A stretch of DNA of 64,000 bases from Bdellovibrionales bacterium (GCA_041739415.1 JBGSNU010000038.1:27155-91154); one strand, 5' to 3'; positions 1-10,419 are shown, counted from the stretch's first letter. Notes: a model not told the origin generated them from the letters alone. Numbers and translations: made by a program.

Positions 1-2
1 AG

Positions 3-722
3 CTCTCGGCCAAAGTTGGCCACGTTTCACGCCAGTCGTTCAAATCACTTCTCGAAGACAAAGCAAAGCGGACCGAGCGCCTTCGCTGGAGTGAGCTTCG
101 AAACTCCGGATTTTTCACCGAGCCTAAGTTTATCGATGATTTTGAGTATCTGACCCTTTCAGCCCATGGCTCGACATTTGCCAGCTCAATTGGCTTCACA
201 CCCGCAGCAACAAGTGGCCGCACGCAAGTTTTGCATGACGAGGTGGCAGCCCAATTTGCGCAGTGGCTTGAGCGACAAAAGTTCATTAGGTCGTGGACGC
301 CAGAGATCCAGTTGAAAAAGTCTCGAGGGGGTGTAGGGCTCCTGTTCACACAAGGTAAGAAAAGAAAATTTCCGGATATCTTGTTTGATCTCGATGTCCC
401 CGGACCAACGGTACGCGTAGCCCTCGAGATTGAAATTTCGCTTAAAACTCGCCGCCGATACCGGGATATTCTTTACGCCTACACGACCCTCCAAGGTATC
501 GACACAATTCTCTTTGTTACAAGAAACGATGCTATTGCGAATGCAATTCGCGAAGTCATGGCCGACATCCGCTTTCCGGAGAGCGCGATCACTGTACTTT
601 TTGCGAATGCCGAGCAGATCCAACGTGAGCCAGGCACAGCACTTTTAAAAGGTAAGTCACGAGTGTGGACGATGCCGATGCTGGTGCAGTGGGTAGCTGA
701 GAAAAGGACAAGAGCTGCATGA
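3..722 (+). CDS. Replication-relaxation-family (PD-(D/E)XK) protein, 5'-partial
   Basis: Frame is open from position 3 (LSAKVGHVSRQSF...), extending the 231-722 ORF; motifs LHD, FPDILF and VALEIEISLKTRRRYRDILYAY. Confidence 0.6.
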   Translation, partial: LSAKVGHVSRQSFKSLLEDKAKRTERLRWSELRNSGFFTEPKFIDDFEYLTLSAHGSTFASSIGFTPAATSGRTQVLHDEVAAQFAQWLERQKFIRSWTPEIQLKKSRGGVGLLFTQGKKRKFPDILFDLDVPGPTVRVALEIEISLKTRRRYRDILYAYTTLQGIDTILFVTRNDAIANAIREVMADIRFPESAITVLFANAEQIQREPGTALLKGKSRVWTMPMLVQWVAEKRTRAA

Positions 723-739
723 GAGTAATCATTCAGACA

Positions 740-790
740 TTGCCGCAAGCGTTGCCGCGCGCGGCAATTGAAACGGCAACCGAGCGGCAA
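740..790. repeat. Five TTGCCG/CGGCAA hexamers (iteron-like), including a perfect 16-bp palindrome
   Basis: TTGCCG at 740 and 752; CGGCAA at 762, 774 and 785; TTGCCGCGCGCGGCAA at 752-767. Confidence 0.75.
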
Positions 791-826
791 AAAAGGTTGA
801 GACAAGTACACGAAAACATTGGGGAG

Positions 827-943
827 CACCACCACCCACCCACTTTCCGTCCTCTTACGCTGCTCCTGACCCCTCCCCCCCAACGAAGAAATTGGTGGAG
901 AGGGGTCAGGAGCAGCAGGACAGAATGTGGGTGGGTGGTGGTG
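827..943. repeat. Long imperfect inverted repeat (117-nt hairpin)
   Basis: Perfect 17-bp arms 827-843/927-943 (CACCACCACCCACCCAC) and 859-875/900-916 (GCTGCTCCTGACCCCTC), with partial pairing between them. Confidence 0.9.
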
Positions 944-971
944 AAGAATAAATCAAGTGAGGAGTAAAAAA

Positions 972-1400
972 ATGGAAGAAGAAGAGAATACAAAAAACAA
1001 AATCAAAAAAAACGGAGACGAGGAGGCAGAAAAGGTAATCAGGTTGGTCGTAACTAAGGAAGCAGATAGGGCGGTCAGTGAAGTCATGGATGCCGTAAAT
1101 ACTGGTTTTGAGGCAGGGCGTGCAACGAAACTCGATGTCGCAAGTTACATGCTCATCTGGTTTGAAAATAACGCCTCCAAAGACGCAAAGCTCGCGCTTC
1201 GAATGCAGCTGGCCAATGAAATGACGATGCTCGAAAGTCTTGTTAAGATGGCTAAGAATTCCGGGACCTTGCCTCCTGCATTGAAAGAAGCGCTGGCTCA
1301 GCATTTCTTTGGGGAGGACGCCGCCCCGGCCAGAAAAGTTAAAAAGATCTTGAAGCCTGACGGTATCATTGATAGGACTTCAGAAGAAGGTGCTGCGTGA
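972..1400 (+). CDS. Hypothetical protein, possible ribbon-helix-helix-like DNA binder
   Basis: GAGGAG RBS before ATG 972; strand-helix-helix pattern IRLVVTKEADRAVSEV...KLDVASYML; GTGA overlap with next gene. Confidence 0.6.
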   Translation: MEEEENTKNKIKKNGDEEAEKVIRLVVTKEADRAVSEVMDAVNTGFEAGRATKLDVASYMLIWFENNASKDAKLALRMQLANEMTMLESLVKMAKNSGTLPPALKEALAQHFFGEDAAPARKVKKILKPDGIIDRTSEEGAA

Positions 1401-1654
1401 GTCCACAAAAATTTAAGGCCATTCGAGAAAAATTGGGAATGACGCAAGAGGAACTAGCGGACGTATTGGGTCTCTCAAGTCATAAGCCGATTAGCCACTT
1501 TGAGACGGGCTTTCGTACACCAAGCCTCCTCACGCAAGCCTTGATGAATGCGCTCGGGAGTCTATCAGATCGAAAAGCTGCGGAGCTGTTAGAACTTATC
1601 AGCACCCACATGGCAAAGATCAAGCGTCAGATGCGGGACGTGGACCATGCATAA
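1397..1654 (+). CDS. XRE-family helix-turn-helix regulator
   Basis: KAIREKLGMTQEELADVLG...ISHFETGFRTP. Confidence 0.9.
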   Translation: MSPQKFKAIREKLGMTQEELADVLGLSSHKPISHFETGFRTPSLLTQALMNALGSLSDRKAAELLELISTHMAKIKRQMRDVDHA

Positions 1655-1850
1655 GGTCAGCGAAACTCAGGCGCCCGGTCTATACGAGATTGACAGAAGC
1701 GTAGAGCTGCATGGACTCAAAGATGAAAGTCCAGAGGCAGAATCAAGATCTCAACGCATCCAAGATACGATTGCCCAAATGATCGTTCTCGGACAGAAAA
1801 AAGGTCGCCCACGAAAGGATGATACTCTTCATGAAGACATCGCCGCCTGA
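1647..1850 (+). CDS. Small hypothetical protein upstream of the recombinase
   Basis: 67-aa ORF overlapping both neighbours; basic KKGRPRK (AT-hook-like) motif. Confidence 0.55.
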   Translation: MHKVSETQAPGLYEIDRSVELHGLKDESPEAESRSQRIQDTIAQMIVLGQKKGRPRKDDTLHEDIAA

Positions 1851-3663
1851 ACAAAAAAAGACTGCATCAGCGTCACTTTTGGTGGGCGCTTACTGCCGTG
1901 TTAGCACGGACGAACAGGCCAATGTCGTTGAGGGATCGCTGGATAATCAACAGCATCGGATGCGGTCATTTATTGATATAAAGAATATGCAAGAAGCTGG
2001 TTGGGGCAAGCTCGTTGAAATCTATATTGACGACGGATACTCAGCTAAGGATACCAACCGTCCGGCCTATCAACGGATGATGAAAGACCTCGTGCGTGGC
2101 AAGATCAACACTGTGATGGTGACGGAACTTTCTCGCCTTTCGCGTAGCATTCCGGACTTTTGTGACTTTCATAAAGTGCTCGATACCCATGAGGGGAAGT
2201 TTTTATCGATCAAAGAGCAATTCGACACGTCCACTCCGGCTGGACGAATGATGCTCTTTAATATGATCAATCTTGCCCAATTTGAACGTGAGCAGACGTC
2301 AGAGCGTGTGGCGATTAATTGTCATTCTAGATCACTCAGAGGTCTCTTGAGCGGCGGCCCTGTTATCCTCGGCTTTGATAAGCTTGTGGGCAACACAACT
2401 ACATTTACTGTAAATGAGTTAGAAGCAGATCAGGTACGTAAACTTTTTTCTCTGTTTCTTGAGCACGGAACATTGGGACGTACCATTCCAGTTTTAGAAA
2501 GCCTCGGAATCAAACCCAAAGCCCGAAGTAACAAGCGAAACCGTCTTGTGAAAGACGGAAGGTGGACTGTGGATTCGTTGAGCTTTGTCCTTCAAAACAA
2601 AGCGTACATTGGCCTTAAAGAAGTGAACAAAGCCAATAAGGAAAAAGATCAATCGAGGCTGAAGGCTTGGCAACGCTACACTGTAGTCAAAGCTTCGTGG
2701 CCTGCTATTGTCAATGAGGAGACATTCAAGCACGTCGAGAACGTCATTCGAGAAAACAAAATGCGTGAGCGCGCACGCCTGGATACTTCCGAGGCAAGAG
2801 TCTTTCTTGCCTCTCAAATCTGTAAATGCGGTCAGTGCGGTAGACCATTCGTTGGCCAATCTGCACACGGAAGAAATAAGGTTCATCGTTACTATGCCCA
2901 TTCTGCAAAAAGAGGTGACGTCATTGCTTGCGCCAGAAAGCGGATCAATGCTGACGAGCTTGAGGCCAGGATTGGTGAGTACCTTTGCGAGATTTTGCTA
3001 CGCGCTGGCTATTTTGATAAAATCGGCGGGAATGTCAGAAAGATCATTACAATCAAACCAGAGATCCTGCGTGCCGAAAAAAATCGACTCTCCCTGGAAA
3101 TCCAAAAGATGGTTCTCGCCATAAAAAATACCTTTCGCATCCAAGCTGAATTGGATCCTGAATCAGAAGCGATTCGTACTACGGCCAAAGAGCTTGAAGA
3201 ACTTAGTCGCAACAAACGGACTCTTGAGGTTGAGCTCGAAAAGATCAAGGCCAAGGAGAATCAAGAGGCCGACTTAGACGACGCCATCGATGACCTCAAA
3301 ACTCGGCTCGAAGCGTTCCGACGAGGCTGGAAAAAATCCAGTGCGGTTGCCAAGAAAGCTCTCCTGAAGGACGTGCTCTATGGCATCTTGGTGAATCCGA
3401 AGGGCCTTAGTATTCAGTTCCGTCTTAAGCACGGCTTAAACTCCGACGTCACCAGCATTGAAGTTCCGATGACGGAGGAAAGCAGCGCCGATGTCATCGA
3501 ATTGAACAAGCGTCGACAGCAGCCCCCGGTGGGGACTGACGCTGCTTCTGGTTTTGATAATCTGGGTGTTTCTGGTTCGTCTATTCTAGTAAATGGTAGG
3601 GAATGCCGGGCTCGAACCGACGACATCCACCTTGTAAGGGTGGCGCTCTACCAACTGAGCTAA
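1819..3663 (+). CDS. Large serine recombinase (integrase)
   Basis: YCRVST catalytic Ser, DDGYSAKDTNRP, ELSRLSR, recombinase domain, Zn ribbon CGQCG...H...C, coiled coil; true start may be ATG 1831. Confidence 0.95.
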   Translation: MILFMKTSPPEQKKTASASLLVGAYCRVSTDEQANVVEGSLDNQQHRMRSFIDIKNMQEAGWGKLVEIYIDDGYSAKDTNRPAYQRMMKDLVRGKINTVMVTELSRLSRSIPDFCDFHKVLDTHEGKFLSIKEQFDTSTPAGRMMLFNMINLAQFEREQTSERVAINCHSRSLRGLLSGGPVILGFDKLVGNTTTFTVNELEADQVRKLFSLFLEHGTLGRTIPVLESLGIKPKARSNKRNRLVKDGRWTVDSLSFVLQNKAYIGLKEVNKANKEKDQSRLKAWQRYTVVKASWPAIVNEETFKHVENVIRENKMRERARLDTSEARVFLASQICKCGQCGRPFVGQSAHGRNKVHRYYAHSAKRGDVIACARKRINADELEARIGEYLCEILLRAGYFDKIGGNVRKIITIKPEILRAEKNRLSLEIQKMVLAIKNTFRIQAELDPESEAIRTTAKELEELSRNKRTLEVELEKIKAKENQEADLDDAIDDLKTRLEAFRRGWKKSSAVAKKALLKDVLYGILVNPKGLSIQFRLKHGLNSDVTSIEVPMTEESSADVIELNKRRQQPPVGTDAASGFDNLGVSGSSILVNGRECRARTDDIHLVRVALYQLS

Positions 3664-3669
3664 TTCCCT
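3594..3669 (-). tRNA. tRNA-Val(TAC)
   Basis: Reverse complement AGGGAATTAGCTCAGTTGGTAGAGCG-CCACC-CT-TAC-AA-GGTGG...GGTTCGAGCCCGGCATTCCCTACCA; 76 nt with encoded CCA. Confidence 0.97.
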
Positions 3670-3682
3670 AAAACGAACGCTG

Positions 3683-3711
3683 AAACTACAGCATTTGGTG
3701 GCGTATGTCGA
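3683..3711 (-). promoter_or_regulatory. Putative sigma70 promoter of tRNA-Val
   Basis: TCGACA-17 nt-TAGTTT on the minus strand just upstream of the tRNA. Confidence 0.5.
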
Positions 3712-3766
3712 ACGGAAAATTAAGGCACAAGAGCTGTAATGAGCCACCAGTAGGCGGCCCCCTGGC

Positions 3767-4246
3767 TTAATCTTCGACTTTCACAAGTCTGAACTGACTC
3801 GCTCCATTCCCTGGGGTGTGGCTGCGCATACTCATAATTGGCACCAAGTGATCCGCACTGCACTGGTGATCTTTACTCAAGAAATGCAATTTTATAGTGG
3901 CCGTAACAAGCGGCAGATCCGGCGATACAGGCACCAACTCAGCTCGCAGTGATCGCTGTTGGCCAATCACCAACGCAAATCCATCGGCCAGCAGTTCACC
4001 TGCCTCATCGTACTGAGCCACTCGCACCAGTTTGTGATCAAAGTGTGGAAGCACTGTAACCGTCAACTCTACAAATTGCTTATCTGTCGACTCAGTTAAA
4101 ACATAGCGCCCGGCCAAATGACTCCACTCTACAGGACACTCTCTCGCCCAAGGGAAAGGCCAAGGCAGGGGAGTTCCGGCCCCAGAAGCATTCAGCACAC
4201 CTAGGGCCAACAAAACACACCCAACCGTTGTAGCAAAAGTCTTCAT
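3767..4246 (-). CDS. Secreted hypothetical protein
   Basis: Signal-peptide-like N-terminus MKTFATTVGCVLLALGVL; PWPFPW motif; GAGGGG RBS. Confidence 0.7.
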   Translation of the reverse strand: MKTFATTVGCVLLALGVLNASGAGTPLPWPFPWARECPVEWSHLAGRYVLTESTDKQFVELTVTVLPHFDHKLVRVAQYDEAGELLADGFALVIGQQRSLRAELVPVSPDLPLVTATIKLHFLSKDHQCSADHLVPIMSMRSHTPGNGASQFRLVKVED

Positions 4247-4270
4247 CGCTATGCCCCCTCGTTTACTCAA

Positions 4271-5419
4271 TCACTGCTCAATCGAAATTCTAGTGTTTCG
4301 ATTGAGGTAATATCCATTCTTCGCCCGATAGATATATTTAGGCTTATCAAAATCTGGTTCAATGAGTTGTCGCAGCCGCTTAATGGTCACATAAATTTTA
4401 TTATCATGAATGGATGGGTCGTATTCTTGCCGCCAAACAGCTTTGACCAAAGCCTCTTTGGAGTAGACCTCACCAGGATTTCGCAAAAACAGCTTCAACA
4501 TGTCCAACAAGATAAACTGGTTTTTGAAATCGACACGACCTTTTTTTCGCTCCAAAACAGAATTCGAACCGGATCTAAACACAAGATCAAAACTGGGCTC
4601 GCCCTCTACCGTCATACTCTGATCCAGTTCACGAATCTTCCGCATCAGGTAGACAAAATTTTCTGGATGCGCCATCTGGTGCGCCAACCGAATATAAGTC
4701 TTCGCTAAGCTTGCATCCCCAGCCTCAGTGTATGTGAACGCCATGGCATAAAGGAGGCTGACGTACGTGTACATATTCTTGTGGACCTTCATCGCCTCAA
4801 AGGCACTCCAAAAGATCTCAAGAGCCTCATCATAGCGCTTGAGTCGAACCAAAATGTAGCCGTTCAGCATCTGCGAGGAAATTTCCAAATCCGGCAACTT
4901 CAAAACCTGAAAGAACACCCGTAAATTGTAAATTTCTCGGAGTGACTCCTCGGTCCGTCCCAGGCTCCAGTACACTGCCGCAAGTCCATGGATGGCGTAG
5001 CACATGTCCTCTTTCGAGTCCTCAGCCAGAGCGAGAGTCAGGGCTTTCTCTAGCAACTCAAGTGCTTGAGGCAATTCATTACGGTAGCTGGCGACCATCG
5101 CCAAAGTGTAATAGGTCGTAGAATTGAGTTCGATACCCTGGCGCTCGACATAGGCGCAAAGTCGATCTTTTAAGCTGTTTAGGGACACGTGGTCTTCGCG
5201 CTCCGCATACATACGAAGACACAAAGTCAGACATTTAACATACATGCGGTGCTTGAGCAGAACAGCGTATTGAACAGCCGCGGCCTCAAGCTTTTCAATC
5301 GCCTTAGCAAAATCCCCCAACTCACCATGCGCTTTACCGAGCGCAAACAGCTCATCCGCACGACTCAAAAGTTCGTTTGGAATGACCGGTTTTTCTTTCT
5401 GACCCGAGGGAGTGATCAC
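4271..5419 (-). CDS. TPR-repeat protein with C-terminal OmpR-type winged-helix DNA-binding domain
   Basis: Helical TPR-like repeats; C-terminal NPGEVYSKEALVKAVW...IYVTIKRLRQLIEPD...YI...GYYL. Confidence 0.85.
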   Translation of the reverse strand: MITPSGQKEKPVIPNELLSRADELFALGKAHGELGDFAKAIEKLEAAAVQYAVLLKHRMYVKCLTLCLRMYAEREDHVSLNSLKDRLCAYVERQGIELNSTTYYTLAMVASYRNELPQALELLEKALTLALAEDSKEDMCYAIHGLAAVYWSLGRTEESLREIYNLRVFFQVLKLPDLEISSQMLNGYILVRLKRYDEALEIFWSAFEAMKVHKNMYTYVSLLYAMAFTYTEAGDASLAKTYIRLAHQMAHPENFVYLMRKIRELDQSMTVEGEPSFDLVFRSGSNSVLERKKGRVDFKNQFILLDMLKLFLRNPGEVYSKEALVKAVWRQEYDPSIHDNKIYVTIKRLRQLIEPDFDKPKYIYRAKNGYYLNRNTRISIEQ

Positions 5420-5590
5420 AAAATGCCTTTTTGGAAAGGGGTCATTCGACCCAGTCCCAAATTTTTAAAACAGGTGAGGAAGTCTCCACAAGAGAAAGTC
5501 AGGATTTGGTTCGACTAAGTTGAAATATAACGCAAAGCACAATGGCTGTGCGCCTCCGCAAGTCTGTCGACGCGGAGGCCAACGTAAATC

Positions 5591-8035
5591 CTAGTGAGTC
5601 TGTTGGGTATGACCCGTGTACTGAGCCCGAATTCCACTGCCACGCTCAGATCGAACCTTGAAAATTTCTTTGGCGTTTTTCACGTCCAAAGCATTCACCA
5701 GGACTTGATCCACATGATCCACCAGCACAACCTTGAGATCCTTAATGACTTCCTTAGGAATATCTTTCAGATCTTTTTCATTCTCTTTAGGGCAAATCAC
5801 CATTCGAATGCCCCCACGATGAGCCGCCATGACCTTTTCTTTGAGGCCTCCAATGGCAAGAACTCGTCCGCGCAAGGTAACCTCACCCGTCATAGCGACT
5901 GTCCGTCGAACAGGAACTCGCATCATCGCTGAAACGATACTTGTGGTGATTGCAATCCCAGCAGAGGGCCCATCCTTTGGAATCGCGCCTTCAGGCACAT
6001 GTATATGCACATCGACGTTGGAGAAGAACTCTTTGTCTACGCCGAACAATGGTCCTCGCGACCGAACATAGCTCATTGCGGCCGAGCATGACTCCTTCAT
6101 CACATCGCCCAGCTGGCCGGTCACGGTGAACTTGCCTTTACCAGGGACAATGGAGACCTCCACAACCAGGAGGTCGCCTCCCACCTCAGTCCAAGCCAAG
6201 CCATTGGTTAGACCGATCTCATTCGCCCCTTCTATTTTGCCATACTTGTATCGATTCGCGCCCAGCAGCTCGATGACTTTTTTAGGACTCAACGCATGTG
6301 TGGGCATAGTTTTACTTTTGCCTTTGCCCGCATGCGTGGCCTTCATCTCGGCTCGAACAATCTCTTTGGCAGTCTTTCTACAGACGGTCGCAATTTGTCG
6401 CTCCAAGTTTCGCACTCCCGCCTCGCGAGTGTACGAACGGATGATTTCTTTTAAGGCAGGGTCGGTGATTGTAACCTTGCGATCTTCGAGCCCGTGCATT
6501 TCGATCTGTTTAGGCACCAAATACTTCTTCGCAATGTTAAACTTCTCACTCTCGGTGTAACCCTCGAGCTGAATAATTTCCATCCGATCCAGCAAGGGTC
6601 GAGGAATAGGATGGAGAGAGTTCGCTGTCGTGAAAAACAAAATTGGCGAAAGATCATAATCCACTTCTAAATAATGATCTTGAAACGTGGCATTTTGCTC
6701 TGGATCCAAAACCTCTAGTAGAGCGGCGCTCGGGTCCCCGCGAAAGTCCATGCTCATTTTATCCACCTCATCCAACAAAATCAGGGGATTGCCCTTATCG
6801 ACTTTGCGCAGGCCCTGAATAATTTTACCAGGCATCGCACCGACATAGGTCTTTCTATGACCGCGAATCTCGGCCTCATCTCGCACCCCACCCAATGAAA
6901 TTCGGGTGAATGGGCGATTTAACGACCGCGCCACTGATCTCGCCAGGGAAGTTTTACCAACTCCAGGAGGGCCCACCAAACACAAGATCGGACCTCGCAA
7001 TTTATCCGTCAGTGTCGCTACAGCCAAATGCTCAAGAATTCGCTCTTTTACTTTTTCTAAACCCCAGTGATCTTCGTCTAAGATTTTTTCAGCGGCGGCG
7101 ATATCATGCTTCTCTTCTGCATAATCCCGCCATGGCAGATCCAGCATCCAGTCGATATAGTTTCGAACTACGGTTGCCTCCGCCGACATGGGCGACATCA
7201 TCTTTAACTTTTTGATCTCCTTGCGAACGCGCTCGGTGGCCTCTTTGGTCCACATTTTTTTGGCGGCACGCTCCTCCAGCTCCATCAGCTCCGCTTGATA
7301 GTCATCTTTGTCACCGAGCTCTTTTTGAATCGCCTGCATCTGCTCGTTGAGATAATATTCCTTCTGCGACTTCTCCATTTGCTTCTTCACACGATTGCGG
7401 ATTTTCTTTTCAACTTCTAAAATCTCAATCTCGCTCGTCATTAGATTCAACAGCTCCTCGAGGCGCTGGCCTGGGTCAAAGACCTCTAGGATTTTCTGCT
7501 TGTCCTCTAGCTTAAGATTGAGCTGAGCCACGATGATGTCCGCAAGTTCGCCGATGTCATCGATGGTCGACACACGCATTAAAATTTCGGGTGGAATGCG
7601 CTTGTTGAGTTTTACATAGGTTTCGAATGTGGACTTAACCGATCGCACCAACGCTTTCGCCTCAGTCTCGTTAGCGGTAACTTCCTTAATATCCTCACAT
7701 TCCACTACAAAAAATCCATCGACCTGAACAAACTCTTTCAATCGCACACGACGTTTGCCCTCGACCAGAACTTTGACCGTGCCATCAGGCAACCGCAGCA
7801 GCTGGATGATGGTTCCAACCGTCCCCACGGAGTACACGTCCTTGGGTTCAGGCGAGTTGGTTTTGGCGTCACGCTGAGCTGCTAAAACAATATCTGTTTG
7901 CTTGCTCATAGCTTCTTCGAGCGCGTTGATGCTTTTTTCGCGACCGACAAAGAGCGGCATCATCATGTGAGGAAAAATAATTAGATCTCGCAGCGGGAGT
8001 AGCGGAAGTTTTTGAATTCCAGTGGTCGTGCTCAT
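5591..8035 (-). CDS. lon: ATP-dependent protease La
   Basis: LPLLPLRD N-domain, [16 protein letters not shown] catalytic Ser, IGGLKEK. Confidence 0.98.
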   Translation of the reverse strand: MSTTTGIQKLPLLPLRDLIIFPHMMMPLFVGREKSINALEEAMSKQTDIVLAAQRDAKTNSPEPKDVYSVGTVGTIIQLLRLPDGTVKVLVEGKRRVRLKEFVQVDGFFVVECEDIKEVTANETEAKALVRSVKSTFETYVKLNKRIPPEILMRVSTIDDIGELADIIVAQLNLKLEDKQKILEVFDPGQRLEELLNLMTSEIEILEVEKKIRNRVKKQMEKSQKEYYLNEQMQAIQKELGDKDDYQAELMELEERAAKKMWTKEATERVRKEIKKLKMMSPMSAEATVVRNYIDWMLDLPWRDYAEEKHDIAAAEKILDEDHWGLEKVKERILEHLAVATLTDKLRGPILCLVGPPGVGKTSLARSVARSLNRPFTRISLGGVRDEAEIRGHRKTYVGAMPGKIIQGLRKVDKGNPLILLDEVDKMSMDFRGDPSAALLEVLDPEQNATFQDHYLEVDYDLSPILFFTTANSLHPIPRPLLDRMEIIQLEGYTESEKFNIAKKYLVPKQIEMHGLEDRKVTITDPALKEIIRSYTREAGVRNLERQIATVCRKTAKEIVRAEMKATHAGKGKSKTMPTHALSPKKVIELLGANRYKYGKIEGANEIGLTNGLAWTEVGGDLLVVEVSIVPGKGKFTVTGQLGDVMKESCSAAMSYVRSRGPLFGVDKEFFSNVDVHIHVPEGAIPKDGPSAGIAITTSIVSAMMRVPVRRTVAMTGEVTLRGRVLAIGGLKEKVMAAHRGGIRMVICPKENEKDLKDIPKEVIKDLKVVLVDHVDQVLVNALDVKNAKEIFKVRSERGSGIRAQYTGHTQQTH

Positions 8036-8198
8036 ACCTTCTCCTTTCGCCTGATTGCTCTCTAAAGATTTTAGAGAAACTCCAAGCGCCTAGATCCAGT
8101 CTGAAGGCAAAACCAAAGGCCGTCAAAGCCACATTGGTCTGGCAATGGGAAATTACGAATCACCTTTTGGTACGATCCGTTAAGAAAAAATATAAGTG

Positions 8199-9515
8199 CT
8201 AGGCTGACTCTGCTGAATTGCCCGAAGTGCTTCCGCCCGGTGTCTTAGGTTCTTTGGCCCCTAGGACGATCTGTGGCTTGGCATGCTTTGTGATTACCTC
8301 TTCTGTAATCACAACATCCTTCACATTGGGCGCACTTGGAATCTCAAACATAATATCGAGCATGGCACTCTCAATAACTCCACGTAAGCCCCGAGCGCCC
8401 GTATTGCGTTTGATAGCCTCCTGAGCGATCGCCTTCAATGCTGCGTCTTCAAACTTGAGATCCACATTCTCGTAGGAGAAAAGCTTTTGATACTGCTTGG
8501 TCAACGCATTCTTAGGCTTCATCAGAATATCGATCAGCGCGGCTTCGTCGAGTGGGTCCAGTACCGCAATCGAAGGCAATCGCCCTATAAACTCTGGAAT
8601 CAGGCCAAAGCGGACCAAGTCGTCTGGCTCAATTTTCTGCAAGATATTCTCAGTACTTTGCCGCTTATCTTCTTTGGTCTTGATCTCGGCCGCGATGCCC
8701 ATCGATCGACTCGTCAATCGTCCTTCAATCACCTTGTCCAGACCAACGAAGGCTCCACCTACGATAAACAAGATGTTGGTCGTGTCTATCTGAATGAACT
8801 CCTGCTGTGGGTGCTTACGGCCTCCCTTAGGCGGCAAGTTCGCAACAGTGCCTTCGAGTATCTTCAACAGCGCCTGCTGCACACCTTCACCGCTCACATC
8901 TCGAGTGATGGAGGGGTTTTCACTCTTGCGTGAAATCTTATCGATCTCATCGATGTAGATCACACCTTTTTGACATTTTTCGATATCGTAGTCGGCGGCT
9001 TGGAGTAAGTTCAAGACCACGTTTTCGACATCTTCACCAACGTAACCAGCCTCAGTGAGAGCTGTCGCATCTGCCATCGCAAACGGCACATTGAGAATCT
9101 TCGCAATGGTCTGGGCCAAAAGAGTCTTACCCGAACCCGTTGGACCAATTAACAAAATGTTGGATTTTGAAATCTCAACTTCCTCTTTTTTCGCTCGTCC
9201 ACCCTTGAGAAAGTTGATGCGCTTGTAATGGTTGTGGACTGCGACAGCCAACGTCTTCTTCGCCTTCTCTTGCCCGATCACGTAATCATCCAAAAAGGAC
9301 TTGATATCGACGGGCTTCGGCACCGTCAGCTGAACCTTGGTGCTCTCTTCTCTGTCTCGCTCCTCCGCGATGATGTCATTGCAGAGTTCAATGCACTCGT
9401 CACAGATGTACACACCTGGGCCGGCGATCAGCTTTTTGACTTCTTTTTGGCTCTTTCCGCAGAAGCTGCAGCAGAGTGCTCCGTAGTTGCCTTTGTCTTT
9501 TGTGCTATTGTTCAT
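8199..9515 (-). CDS. clpX: Clp protease ATP-binding subunit
   Basis: CSFCGK Zn finger, [17 protein letters not shown] loop. Confidence 0.98.
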   Translation of the reverse strand: MNNSTKDKGNYGALCCSFCGKSQKEVKKLIAGPGVYICDECIELCNDIIAEERDREESTKVQLTVPKPVDIKSFLDDYVIGQEKAKKTLAVAVHNHYKRINFLKGGRAKKEEVEISKSNILLIGPTGSGKTLLAQTIAKILNVPFAMADATALTEAGYVGEDVENVVLNLLQAADYDIEKCQKGVIYIDEIDKISRKSENPSITRDVSGEGVQQALLKILEGTVANLPPKGGRKHPQQEFIQIDTTNILFIVGGAFVGLDKVIEGRLTSRSMGIAAEIKTKEDKRQSTENILQKIEPDDLVRFGLIPEFIGRLPSIAVLDPLDEAALIDILMKPKNALTKQYQKLFSYENVDLKFEDAALKAIAQEAIKRNTGARGLRGVIESAMLDIMFEIPSAPNVKDVVITEEVITKHAKPQIVLGAKEPKTPGGSTSGNSAESA

Positions 9516-9521
9516 TCGGCC

Positions 9522-10139
9522 CTACTTTTCTGCCTTAGTTGGCTTGCTTCGCTCCACCACGGAATCCACAATTCCAAATTCTTTTGACTCTTCTGCCGAA
9601 AGGTAGCGGTCTCGATCCATTGCCGCTGTCAAATAGTCAAAGTCGCGACCCGTGTGTTTGACATAGATGTCCGTCAACTTACGTTTGGTGTTGATCATTT
9701 CTTTAGCGTGAATCTCAATATCACTCACTTGGCCAGAGAGTCCGCCGCCGCCAATCAGGGGCTGATGGATCATCGTCTTGGAATGGGGCAAGATAAACCG
9801 CTTGCCTTTTGTTCCCGCCGTTAAAAGTAGGGACCCCATGCTCGCTGCCATCCCAATGCAGTAAGTGCTTACGTCACATTTTACAAATTGCATGATGTCA
9901 TAAATGGCGAGACCCGCTGACACGCTTCCACCAGGTGAGTTGATATAAATGTGAATATCGCGATCCGGATTTTCCATTTCTAGAAAGAACAGCTGGGCAA
10001 TCACGATATTTGCCACATCATCAGTGATCGGCGTCCCCAAAAGTATGATGCGTTCTTTTAAAAGACGTGAGTAAATATCGTAACTGCGCTCGCCGCGGGC
10101 CGTTTGTTCTACCACAATAGGAACTAAGTTCATCTTCAC
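9522..10139 (-). CDS. clpP: Clp protease proteolytic subunit
   Basis: [33 protein letters not shown]; start GTG 10139 or ATG 10133 after AGGAG. Confidence 0.98.
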   Translation of the reverse strand: MKMNLVPIVVEQTARGERSYDIYSRLLKERIILLGTPITDDVANIVIAQLFFLEMENPDRDIHIYINSPGGSVSAGLAIYDIMQFVKCDVSTYCIGMAASMGSLLLTAGTKGKRFILPHSKTMIHQPLIGGGGLSGQVSDIEIHAKEMINTKRKLTDIYVKHTGRDFDYLTAAMDRDRYLSAEESKEFGIVDSVVERSKPTKAEK

Positions 10140-10419
10140 TGCTGCAACTCCTGGTGGATGTAACACCTACAAATATGGATCCGATTTAACATCTGACAAG
10201 CACTTCTCGGGAATATTCCAGCCAAACTGGAGAGGGAGAAAAACGCTTTATTCGACTTATACGCTGTGCTACAACTCGCCCCACGTCGAGGTGATGCCTG
10301 CATCGCTGATGCTATTCCCTGCCATTTCAATGGTGGAACGAAGCGCTAGTGCGGAGCAAACATTGACGCATAAACTCTATTATCTTTAACTGACCGCAAC
10401 ACCGCAACATGAGGACGCA

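Larger units (their letters stand above)
1..3669. mobile_element. Right end of an integrative element inserted at the 3' end of tRNA-Val; continues beyond the left window edge
   Basis: Large serine recombinase abuts and overlaps the tRNA 3' end; XRE regulator and replication-relaxation-like gene upstream; core genes resume after the tRNA. Second att site not visible. Confidence 0.8.

Noticed and set aside
719-993. ORFs 719-967 (+) and 733-993 (-)
   Set aside because: They run across the iterons and long inverted repeat; low-complexity translations; better explained as non-coding.
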